Source: Macrostomum lignano
Lineage: Eukaryota
Assembly: GCA_002269645.1 (NCBI GenBank)
Contig: NIVC01000341.1
Coordinates: forward strand, 1-64,000
Direction of reading: 5' to 3'
Length of the DNA stretch: 64,000 bases
A program made the position numbers and the translations under genes. Below are positions 43,580-54,721 of the stretch, piece after piece. Position 1 is the first letter of the stretch. The number at the start of each line of letters is the position of its first letter. The notes under the pieces were generated by a model. It was not told the origin of the DNA, made no database searches, and was given only the letters and a program-made list of their open reading frames with translations.

Positions 43580-46500
43580 TTGAAGCACCTGCTAGACGCT
43601 GGCCTGACTCACCTGGTGACCCATGAGATCATCCTGAAGGATCGGACACCAGTTGCGCTACCACCGCACAGGATCCCGCCTCATCTGAAGGACAAGCTAG
43701 ACGCCCTGCTAGACGAGATGCTGGCGAAGCACATCATTCGCCCAGCTTATTCTAGCTACAACTTGCTAATGCTGATAGTGCCCAAGAAGGACGGCAACAT
43801 CAGGCTGGTGCATGACTTCAGAGCTCTCAACGACAAGTGCGTGTACTACCCATACCTGCTGCCGCACATTCAGGAGACCTTCGTGAAGCTGCGTGGTGCC
43901 CAGTGGTACTCTAGCTTGGATCTTGCTCAAGGATTCTGGCAGATCCCGCTGCGCGACTGCGATCAGCACCTGACGGCGTTCTCTGTGATTGACCGCGGAC
44001 AATTCTGTTTCAATGTTCTACCGATGGGTCTCCACGATAGTCCCGCAGCTTTCAGCGTTGCATCAATAAGCTCCTGGACGGCCTGATGCCAAAGACTGCG
44101 CTTGGCTACATGGATGACATCGTGGTGCACTCAGTGACCTTCGAGGAGGAGGAGCTGGACAACCTGCGGACTGTACTCCAGCGGATTATTGCATCCAACC
44201 TCAGGTTCAAGCCAAAAAAGTGCCATTTGTTCCCCAAAGAGCTGCATTATCTAGGTCACGTCGTGACTCCCGACGGCCTGAAGACCTGTGAGGACAAGAT
44301 TGCGCAGATCCGTGATTGGCCCGTGCCACAGTCCGTTACTCAACTGAGACAATTCCTAGGCCTCGCTAACTACTACCACAAGTTTGTCAACGGCTACGCT
44401 GGATTTGCTGCCCCGCTGCATGCCCTGACTCGAAAGGACATTGGCAGCCTGCGGCAGCATTGGACTGATGAGCACCAGGTAGCGTTCGACACGTTGAAGA
44501 AGAAGTTGTGTTCGACTGAAGTTCTTGCTCTGTCTGAGTTTAACTCAGATCCTGATGTGAAGTTTGCCCAAGACACTGATGTCTCAGACATTTGCATAGG
44601 CGCTTGTCTTATACAACAGCAATCTGACGGCGTCGACCGCCCAGTTGCATTCTTTAGCCGGAAACTTCGTGATCCTAAGAAGCGCTACACGGTCACGAAG
44701 AAAGAGCTGCTTGCAATCGTGGACGCGATGCGACATTTCCGTCATTATTTAATCGGCAAGGAATTTGAGGTTCGTTCTGACCATCGGGCCTTGCTGTGGC
44801 TGTTAACCAGACGCAGGTCACAGGCATCTTGGGCTGTTGGATTGAGCGACTGAGCGAGTTCCGCTTCCAGCTTCACCATCGCAAAGGCAAGGACCACGCC
44901 AACGCCGACGCCTTGTCAAGACGGCCGGAGACACCACCGGTTGACTTTGAGCACTGCCGACTGCTTGAGCATCCCGGTTCTGCAGCCCGACCCGGTGATG
45001 ACACCAGCCTGGAGCCGGACTTGGACACCACACGTGAGGCCACTGCAAGAGCAGCCCTCTCGAAGAAGGTCCACATTCGCAAAGTGGAGGCCGAAACTGC
45101 CCTGGCCAAAGACCTGGAGGCCGCTGCGCCAGCAGCCCTTCAGCACGACGACCATTGCTGCAGTCAACGCCTGGAGACCAGTCTGGACACCAACCCGGAG
45201 GCCACTGATACCTCAGCCCTCCGCAGAGATGCCCATTCTGACTGTCGTTACTTGGGGATTCGCCCGGACAAGACCTCGGAGGCCACTGCTCGTGAATTCA
45301 GACCAGCAATGTAAATTCAACCCCCCGGAGTTTTGCGCTGAGAGTTCTTGTCGTGTTGACAGAGGCCAGACTCTCGCGACGGCTGCAAGGTCAACGCTCT
45401 GTCCCCCGAGCCGACAGACAGCTGCTAATCGCCTGCGTGGAAAGTTGAGTCCCCCTTTGCGACACCGCCCAGTGCTGGAGAAGACTCACCCAATGTCGAT
45501 GATGAACAAGCCGACGGCTACGGCTGCCTGCGACGAGGCGTGCTTCACGTGTTGCATCTTGCCCTACAGTCAAGAGTCGCCTGGGCTGTGCAGTGGAGGC
45601 AAGTGAACTGCTCCAGCTGCGGAAATTCCTGTCAAGAGAGCGACGATGAGAACTTCAAAACGAGATCAGCGATCATACGCCGACGTTGTGAGCCCCTCGG
45701 AGTGACCTAATCCTGACGCCGACAAGACGGAGTCGTGTGATCAACTGCGAGCCAAAGAAGCGGAGACTGCGGGAGTCATGAACCCTCAGCCATGCCGCGC
45801 CGTGCTCACTGATTTCCTGAGGTCACCGATGACGCGGCAACAGTTTTTCGACGCGCAGCGCGCCGACCAAGCAATCAGTTATGTGCTCAACTTGGTCGAG
45901 AACAAAGCCCCGAAGCCTGAGTTCGACGCCCGGTTGCGACTAACGAAGGAGCAGCGGAACCTGCTCGGTTATTACGAGAATCTGCGAGAGGACAACGGCC
46001 TGCTGCTGATCGATCTGACCAACGCCAGGCTGTCCTGCCCGATGCTCTCGATGCCCAGGTGCTCCAGGAGCTCCACAGTTCGCCACTGTGTGGCTTGACG
46101 CTGTGCGACGCGACGTCGAAGTACCCGTTTGCCTATCCTATGAGGAACCAGAAAGCCAAGACGGTCATCAAGATCCTGCAGGAGCGCTTGATCCCTGACT
46201 TTGGTGTACCTTGCTGGATACACACTGATCAAGGAACCAACTTCACTGGCTCAGCTCTGCGACCTGTTTGGCATCCGGCATACAACCACAACGCCGTACA
46301 ATCCAGCTTCTAACGGGCAAGTAGAGAACCTCAACAAGTAGTTGAAGAGTGTCCCCACCTGCCTCCTCGAGCACAACCATAATGACTGGGACACCTTTCT
46401 CCCAGCCTGTCTGATGGCTCTCCGCTCTAGTGTACACCCGGTGACAGGCTTCACGCACCACTACCTGGTGTTTGGTCGAGACTTCCGACTTCCAATCGAC

Positions 46501-47031
46501 AACGCGATCAAGAAGCTGCCCGAGTATGCCGATCTGCCAGACTACATCAAGGACTTCCAGCGCCGCTTAGACGAAGAGACTGAGCTAGCCAAAGAACGCC
46601 TGCATCTGCATCAGCAGCTGCGCGACGAGCACTATTTGAACCTGCCCGCAGCCAAGAAGCTCAAACCTGGCGACCTGGTTTTCCTCAACAACCCGCTGCT
46701 CGAACCGGATGAAGCGGCAAAGTTCCAAAGTTCCAAAGGCAAAGTCGTCTACAAGATTCGCCGTACACTACCAAACCTGCGGGCCAGGCGTGACGAGCTA
46801 ATTGTCCATCGCCAGAATTTGCTGCTCGTGCCTGATGCCGACTATCAGCTGACTTCGGAGCCGGAGGTCGACAAGGCCAAGAAGCGCCGCAGGTCGACCG
46901 ACGTCCTGGATGGTGCAGGACCCGCGACCCTGACACCAATCCTGGAGGATGACGATGATAATGACGCGTGTCCGGCCTTTCCGATGGCACTTCCGGCCGT
47001 TGGCGATCCCAGATGTGCGGTCAGGAGGTGA
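43580..47031 (+). pseudogene. Gypsy pol pseudogene (RT, RNase H, integrase) with frameshifts and deletions
   Basis: RT: KKDGNIRLVHDFRALN, LDLAQGFWQI, YMDDIVV. RNase H: DTDVSDICIGACL, YTVTKKELLAIV, DHRALLWL, HANADALSR. Integrase: HTDQGTNFT, NGQVE. The HHCC region and first catalytic Asp appear deleted near 46090. Confidence 0.92.
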
Positions 47032-47377
47032 ACCGGTCACGACACCAGCGAACCAGGTAAGTGCATTTCGGCGTGAACCACTGCCATATGGTGATCGCCA
47101 TGTTAGTGTGCCTGGTGTGAATGGGTCTGCACCTGTTGCTTCATTTTCACCTGTCCATGCGTCCCCCCTTCCCAAACCTTTTTTTGCAGCGCAGTCTCCT
47201 GCGCTATCATCTTGCACCACTCAGGTGGAAGCGTCTCCCTTACTGGTAGCCGTAGGTAGGCCAGTTAGGGATCCGAAGCTACCCGAGAGGCTTCTGATTA
47301 GCGATCCCAGGGCTAAAACGCATGTTAGTTGCACCGCCCGCATGCGCGTGCACAAATTGAAACATTTCAGTGCAGCA

Positions 47378-48478
47378 ATGCACTAACGCCCGCGTCAAGC
47401 GAGCTCAAGCTCATCTTCTGAGGCTAAGCGAGGCCGGCAAAGCCAGAGCCGGCGAAAGCTGGGAACTCCGCCCTCCCTGGAGGTCATGGGAATCCCGCGC
47501 CGAGCCTTGGCCATACAGCAGCCGAGACAGCATAATGACCAGGAGCACCCAGAGAGGTCACCCTGGCGCAGGAATGAGCAAGCTCAGCGCAATAGCTCGC
47601 CATCACCTGAGCCGCGACGGTGCCGACCCGGCCACCGAGGTCAACGCACTGACTGAACTGAGCTTCCTGAGGTCATCAACCTCACGGCTGACTCACCTCC
47701 GGGTGGCACCACAGTCCGGCGAGTGACTGCCTAGCGATTAGCGGCAGCTCTCGCGTATGCCCAACTGGAGCAGGAGGTAACCCGCGGCTTAGCTGCGGTC
47801 CGCCTCCAAATCAGAACCACTTTTGCAGATGCTGCCTTGGAGCCTCCCAACCATCTAGAGGTTCGCCAGCGCGTCCGTGGCAGGTCCGTGGACAAAGGCT
47901 CGCAGGTCCCTGCGCAGCCCGGAACTCGCGGTGACCAGTCAGGGATGCCTGGGTCGCTGATGTCACTGGCGGACGACAACCAACCGCCGATGGCCAATCA
48001 GGAGGAGCCGGCCGAGGCAGTCGGCCCTTGGGAAGGCCTAGCGGAGGCCCTGTGTAGGAAACTGCCCCGCGCTCCGCTGCCCACCCCCAAAGAGCTGCCG
48101 CAACTGGTGGACGCGAGTGTCCAGATGGATGCTCCAGGGCTAGCATCGCCTGCTGACAAAGATCGAGCCGCACTGCTGTCCGCAGGGCCCTGCCTGACGC
48201 GCAACATCCTGGTTGACGTGGCCTGGCCTGGCAACTGGCCCTTGACATTCGCCGGGCCAGTTTGGAGCGGCCTGCGCCACACAACTGCCGAGGAGCGATT
48301 GACCCTGCTTCCAATGGGGCTGCCCAACCAAGCTGCTTGGTTGGGCGGCCCCGATCTGCAGCAGCCGTATCGGCCCTACGCCGTGCACCTGGTGGCAATT
48401 TGGGTTGCCCAGCATCTCGGCGGCTGCGAGGCTGACCTGCTGGTGGCCCTGGCCTGCCCACCACTGCAGTACATCTGA
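47378..48478 (+). pseudogene. Additional ORF3 of the Gypsy element (unknown protein, ~366 codons, 3 premature stops)
   Basis: One frame from ATG 47378 to TGA 48476, with stops only at 47384, 47654 and 47732; preceded by the acceptor-like catttcag. Confidence 0.5.
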
Positions 48479-49044
48479 ATCGCGCTGAGGCGATACATTC
48501 TAGCCCTGACAGATTTCCAACACCTGCGGGGTCTCCTGCGTAAGGTTCTCCTCTCCCCTTTGATGTCTGTGCATTGCATGCCAAGCTGATATTGCGCCCA
48601 TTTAGTATAGGTTCTCTTGCCCTCAGGGAATGCTCCAGTTTTAGCCTGAGTAGGAAGCACCCTGGATTTGTCCCATTTATTCAGGTCCGAAGCGTTTTGG
48701 CAACCCCTTTGGTGTTCACTTTGAAAAGGGGTGCAATTGCTTCCAAATGTACTGTGGGCTAGTGCCCCCATGTCAATATTTAGGCGCCATTTCTTAAGTG
48801 GGCTGGCACCCCCACGTGACATTTAGGCATTCAGTAGCGGGCCAATGTTCTCGCCATACTGGGCTTCTATCCTTTTGTGGCCCCCACCCAGCCAGCATTA
48901 TTTTCTTACAGCAGCCATCTTAATAGCAATTTATCTGCAGTATTTGCCATTTTAGTGTTTTTCTTCATTAAAACTTGCATTTGTTTTATTTTCTAAATAA
49001 AGCACGCGCTGCTTCACTCTGCCTCTTTATTTGAACAGGGAGAG

Positions 49045-50040
49045 TGTAGTAAGTCGCTATTTAGTTAGGCGCCGCACTAGTCAGCTGTTTCCCTTGCCCT
49101 CACCCCAGTCTTCTGTCTGCCGCTGGGCAGTTGCCTGTCCCTTCCCACCTGTCCTCTTGCCTGTCCTTTGCCTGTTTGCCTGTCTGTCTCTTTGTCCTTG
49201 TTTGCCCCCTTTTTTCTTATGCTCCCATTTAGCAGTGCTCAGACAGCTTGGTCTAGCCTGCCTCTGTTTTATTCTCTGTTTGGCATCTCCAAATTTGGAG
49301 TGCTGTCCTATTTTCTGGTCTCAAGGTCACAAGTGCCTTTACTTGTGGGCCTTTTTCCCCCTTGTCATGTGAGCCAGTCACATGACAGGGCCTTCTTTCT
49401 TTAGTCCAAAGTGCAATGATTTCATCATTGTATGCTAGGCTTGCATTTATGGGGACATCATGTATGCCAGGACCCCTGCCTCTTAGGGGTGGGTCTTCAT
49501 GCTATGGTGCAATTGATTTTCCCTATAAATGCAGCCCCTCTCATGGCTTGGTTTAGACGAGCCCCATTTTCCACCTGCGACCCCTTCCTCAGCCTTTCCT
49601 CCAAGATTCTCTCAGTTCAAGTCTCTAAGTTTGTGTGCCAAGTTTGTGCCTAAGTTTGAACTCTCAAGACTCTCAACTTTGTGCGTGCGTGCTTCTGATT
49701 GTTCTTGCTATCTATTAGCAGGGTAGCTTAGATAGCCTGAAGCTAGCACTATCACTCTAACCCTGCACTAACCCGGCAGGGACTGCTGACTATGGAGGCT
49801 TTTGTTTGAGAATTGCTAAACCTGCACCAAGTGCTTGACTTTCTCTCTTGTCTTAGTTATCTGCTTCTATAAGCTTAGCACCTCACCAAAGGCTGCGACT
49901 CTGCAAAGCTAATGGCAGCACTACCTATACTACGAGAACTAGTTTCTAAGAAACTGCTAACCAGAGGTCATTGTCTAGCACTAGGAGATCAGCCAGACTG
50001 TCCCAAGACAACCATAGGCAAGACAACAAGTATTTTACTA
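49045..50040 (+). mobile_element. 3' LTR of the Gypsy element (CpG-eroded)
   Basis: Starts TGTAGT after the PPT; TATAAAT near 49525; 5' and 3' segments align with the solo LTR at 17556-19437. The 3' end is approximate. Confidence 0.75.
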
Positions 50041-50058
50041 GTGGTAGCAATCATACAT

Positions 50059-50214
50059 GCGCAACCTTGGGAATCACTCAGCCATTTCTATTGGCAACAC
50101 ACACATGTAAGTTGCTATTGGCTGTTAGCAGTCACGTGACTACTCTCCCATCCAATAGCGACTTACATGTGTGTGTTGCCAATAGAAACAGCCGGGTGAA
50201 TCCCAAGGTTGCGC
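50059..50214. mobile_element. Hairpin/MITE-like palindrome with ~63-bp arms
   Basis: gcgcaaccttggga...gctattgg pairs with ccaatagc...tcccaaggttgcgc; the loop contains agtcacgtgact. Confidence 0.7.
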
Positions 50215-52322
50215 CCAAGCATAGTAGCAGTGGGATTTCAAGACCTACTAGGCCACTTTAAGACAACCATAAGACAAAACCTAAACTACTTCACAAAGTT
50301 CAAGCAATGGCAAGGAGGGGTATTAGACAATAAAAGAATAGCAAATGGCCAATGCTAGGTCACCTAGATGCATAACTAAGACTTGGTCTTATACCCAGTG
50401 CCAAAATTCTGCAAGGCTATAAATAAAACAAAAAATGGCCAGATAAGGGAAATGTAGGGCTAGAAAATAGAAAAGATGTATTACCTAAAGAAAAAAAGGG
50501 GCCAAACCTAGGAAACAAGATGAAAAATGATGTCAAGGGAAAATACTTCAAGATAGATCAGTAGATGGACAGGGCCAGCCCTAGGAAAAAGAGAACCCTG
50601 GCCTAAGTCATAATTTTAAAAGTCAAAATAGTAGGCCTAGCTTCAACTATTTTATAAGTATCAAAAATAGACAAACCTTGTTTCTTAAAATATGTTTCAA
50701 AATATTTTCCAAGGTAGGTTTTTAAAAAAAAGTTCTATGAATATGAAGATAGCAGGTATTTATTTTCTTAGCAAAAAATTGTTACTCCTTTTGATATAGA
50801 AAATAGATTGAATGTTCATCTTTTGCTATATTGCCTTTTTTAGTCTATTGATAGTCATTGCTTTACAAATAGTTAGCAAAAGAATTATAAAATAGATTGA
50901 ATAGTATTGATATTTCTACTTATACATTTTAACAAACTTAACATATATAGGCTTTGGGGCCTACTTACACAAGTCTTAGCCCTCATATTAACTCTATAGG
51001 CCTATATTTTAAAATATAATAAATATATTTTAAGATAGAAGTCTGATAGGCCCTAGGCCCTTATATGTTAACTTATAATTCTAATAAATATATTGTAACT
51101 GTCACCCTTTGGTTTTTTATTCTAACCTTTTTGACTATCACCTTTTTTATCTGTTGCTGTTGCTCTTTTTGACCTTTAAACTAGGGCCTAGGCCTAATGG
51201 CTCCCTAGCCATATAAATTAGGCCTAGGCCCTATAAAATAGAGTTAGTAGTTAATAGTATAGTACCTAGGCCTGAAGAGACCTAATAGAAATAGATTATA
51301 ACTAGGCCTAATAGTCTAAATTAAGAAATATTTTTTCTCTAAGGCCTAGACTCAAAAATCTTTTTCAAATATTAAATAGGCCCTATACTTTTTTGTTTAG
51401 TTATGTTAAGTTACACTATGGCTGCTAACCATGTACAAATAGGCCTTATAACAAGAATCAGGGTGTCATTTGGTAATTTGAAGAGTAGTTGGCAAGAATA
51501 ACATGTAGTGATTAAAAATCCTATTGTGAATTCCAACATACACTCTAACAGCTAGATTTTTTATGCTAATTCTTGTTTTATATTTAACAGGCATTTGATT
51601 GAGAAGCAATAGGGCCTAATTGTCTCTTATGATTAATGACTGATCATACTCCTAATTGTCCAATAGGCCCTAGTTTAATCAATTTCTTCAATACCACCAA
51701 AGCTCACCATCACGGCCTCTAAAATTCCGGGGCCTCTCACGGATACGGCCCGGGCCGGGCCGGCCGTACGCGCGCGATTCTGAAATTAACGAACAGTTAA
51801 ATGTGAACATTTTCTTAGAAAGCTAATGTGACAATCAAATATATGCAGTTAAAAGGTAATAAAAACCTATAAAATATTAATGAAATGAGATTCAATTTAA
51901 ATATGTGACATTTGTTCGCTTGAAATGATGAAAATGGCTTACAGAGATACATATAATCAGGAAATAAAACTATTTTTAAACCTTATCTCACTTCTACGCG
52001 CCGAACATATTATTATAAGATGGTGGACTGATTGATATTACATTCCATTTCATTACATTACATACCTGAAACTGATTTCTTTATAAGTTAGATCTAGTGC
52101 ATGCTTTCTGTCAAATTTACTTTTCTGCATGTTTTGTATGGACTCTGGCCAGCCATGGACATTCTTTTGAATGACGATCATTGTTTAGCTTAGGCCCAGT
52201 TTCGGTGGACGATCGCTATTGTAAATTGTCTCTATCTCTGTTCAAGCGGAAGAAACCACAATTTTTAGGCCCTCTATATAAGTTTTAACAGTCAGAGAGT
52301 CAACAGTGTAATAGGCCTATAG

Positions 52323-53614
52323 GTAGGGACTTCAGTGAGTTATAAGAAGTGCGTGCCAATGGCAAAAAAGTAAGAAAAAAGTCCAATTTTTCAAGGGCGA
52401 TTTTAAAGAAACTATAGAAGCCAGGATGAAAGTAAAATATGCATTTAAAAGGTAAAAAGGAGCTCTTTCAAATGACACCAACTGCAAGTCTAGCTTTGTT
52501 ATACTTTTTGCACTGTCTATTTTTAAAGTTGACCATTTTTTAGGAGGAATATAAAATTGAAGCCAAAATGAATAAAAAAACAGTGGTTCAGAAAATGCTT
52601 TTTCTTAGCTGCAATGTGTTTCTTATAATGGAAACAAAGGTTTTATAGTGTAAAGGGATAATTTAGAAACATTTTTCTGGTGTTAAAAAAAATTTTTTTT
52701 TTCTTTTAATGCCCATATGGCTCTATGCAAAATTTCAAATCCAAAATTTTCCATGAAATCCTTTTCCTGCATTGTTTCTCTTTATATTTTTCATTACCTA
52801 TTGACAATACAAGCACAGTAAAAAAAACCGCTTGCCAATAGCTATAGGCGCAAAAATTTTGTGGAGGTTTCTTTTTTTGATACGTTTACATGTAAAATAC
52901 CCATTGAAACGTGTATTTCGTGTTTTTTGTGAGACTCTGCCTTCCGGCAAACTAGTTCTCTGTGTCATTTAACTAATTCTGCTATGCTGAACACGATAGG
53001 CAAAACCGTTTTTTAATAAACCCATGCGCAAAGCCTGTACAGCACATTACATTGCAGTTGGGGTGTCTGTCATGCATTAAAAATTTAGGGCAAGAAGTAG
53101 AATAGTATTATAGTAGGTAAAAACCTGAACAAAATGACACTAGGGCCTAGCCTTGTATAAATTAAGCAAGCAGAACAGATGCTATTGTATTTTTAAAATT
53201 GCAATCATTGCGTATCTGGTTAAAATAGTCAAAATTTCATACACCCATCCTGTTTCAATTAGCTTAGCAACTTGGGCATATAAAATAATATTAAAATATA
53301 TAATTCATACAATTAACACTAAAAAACTGAACAAAATGACACCAAGCACAGTCATTTTGGTTGGCTAGAAAATTAATTACAAGTGTTCAAAGACAAAAAG
53401 CCAACTTTTTGGCCAAAAATGATCACAAACCGTAATGTAAAAATTCCATTGGCTAAAGGCACAAATCGGGGTTACTAAAATAGCTGTAGTTTCCTTATTA
53501 CTCAACCAAATCACTAAAGTTTGGCCATTTTGGAAATGGGAAAGTAAGATCTATCTAGTGAAATAGCAGCCTATAACAATTTCTGAAATTTAATTTTCTC
53601 ACTGAAGTGCCTAC
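52323..53614. mobile_element. Non-autonomous DNA transposon (~1.3 kb)
   Basis: 17-bp TIR gtagggacttcagtgag / ctcactgaagtgcctac with TA-containing flanks; no ORF. Confidence 0.6.
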
Positions 53615-54072
53615 TATAGGCCTAGTATAGGGCCTACAGGCCCATAATTAGTTTCAGAAGGCGGTCATTCATTTCTATGTAACTTTTTTTAGGCCCTAGA
53701 GTCTAGAGAGAAATGATTGTGTTCTAAAACTGCAAAAAGTAGAATATTTTTTAATTCAGAGGGGTAATTTTTTATAAATTCGAAGCTACATACAATAAAG
53801 TCAAAGTAAAGTTCCAGAACATGTATAGCACTTATGATGGCCTATTTGATTTACATCTAAATGACAAATGAGTAGGGTCTACCTCTGGCACTGCCTTTAC
53901 TAGGAGAAGTCTTCGACAAATAGATGAATAGGCATAGTATCAAATACTTTGTTAAAACTTTTTGGTTGCTAAAAGGGCAGGGGCAGATTGACTTTTTGCC
54001 CTATACATAAATTTTTGGTGCCCCCTAGCTTAAAAATTAGTGTCTCTTATACTTGTGTTCGTGCCCCCAAAT

Positions 54073-54361
54073 GGCAATGGCTAGAGTTCCAGCACCGGAA
54101 CCCATTTTCTAATGGCTACGGATCTGGCAGTGCCATTATAATGTTGATGGAACATTATATTTTTCTTTCTATAGGTGGCTGATATTGAGATTTTGTTCTA
54201 GATTAAAATTAAGACGATATGATAAGATTCGAGATAAGATGCTTCTAATATTCAGACTTCTTAAAATATATTCTTAGCAGTCTTTATATGCTTCTATATG
54301 GCACTGCCAGATCCCTAGCTGTTAGAAAACGGGTTCCAGTGCCGGAACTCTAGCCATTACC
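54073..54361. mobile_element. MITE with ~65-bp imperfect TIRs
   Basis: ggcaatggctagagttcc...ggatctggcagtgccat is inverted at 54296-54361. Confidence 0.7.
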
Positions 54362-54580
54362 GCCCTAAACTTGGACTGCCCCTCCCTACAATGAAACTCT
54401 AGATCTGCCATTGTAAAAGAAGGTTAATTTTAAATATTTGCTTAGCTGCTGGCTTTACTTAGAATGACCAAATGACCCTAAGTATTTAGTAGTTTATTTG
54501 GAAGATTTGTAAAATAGTTTAAACAAAAAGACAGTTTTTCAAGCAACTTTTTTAGAATAAAAAATGAATACAACTAGATC

Positions 54581-54721
54581 CTTTAAGTGTTCATCATATA
54601 TTGTCATATCTATATTAATATGACTAGGCCTATATAGTACTAGGCCTACTAGGCCTATATAGTATCTATATGACATAGGCCTAGTCATATAGATATGACA
54701 ATATATGATGAACACTTAAAG
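54581..54721. repeat. Near-perfect 141-bp palindrome (34-bp perfect outer arms, 16-bp inner arms)
   Basis: ctttaagtgttcatcatatattgtcatatctata with its exact reverse complement at 54688-54721. Confidence 0.85.

Larger units (their letters stand above)
43570..50040 (+). mobile_element. 5'-truncated, decayed Ty3/Gypsy LTR retrotransposon (pol, extra ORF, PPT, 3' LTR)
   Basis: RT-RNaseH-integrase domain order; polypurine tract gaacagggagag at 49033-49044 directly before TGTAGT; no gag, protease or 5' LTR. Confidence 0.85.

Noticed and set aside
47811-48584. 257-aa minus-strand ORF
   Set aside because: Antisense shadow of the GC-rich ORF3 region with a low-information R/A/P/G composition.
48479-48960. 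Extension of Gypsy ORF3 to ~48950 by reading through stops
   Set aside because: About 7 stops in ~155 codons is random-like, and any stop codon can be rationalised as a C>T change, so that argument carries no weight.
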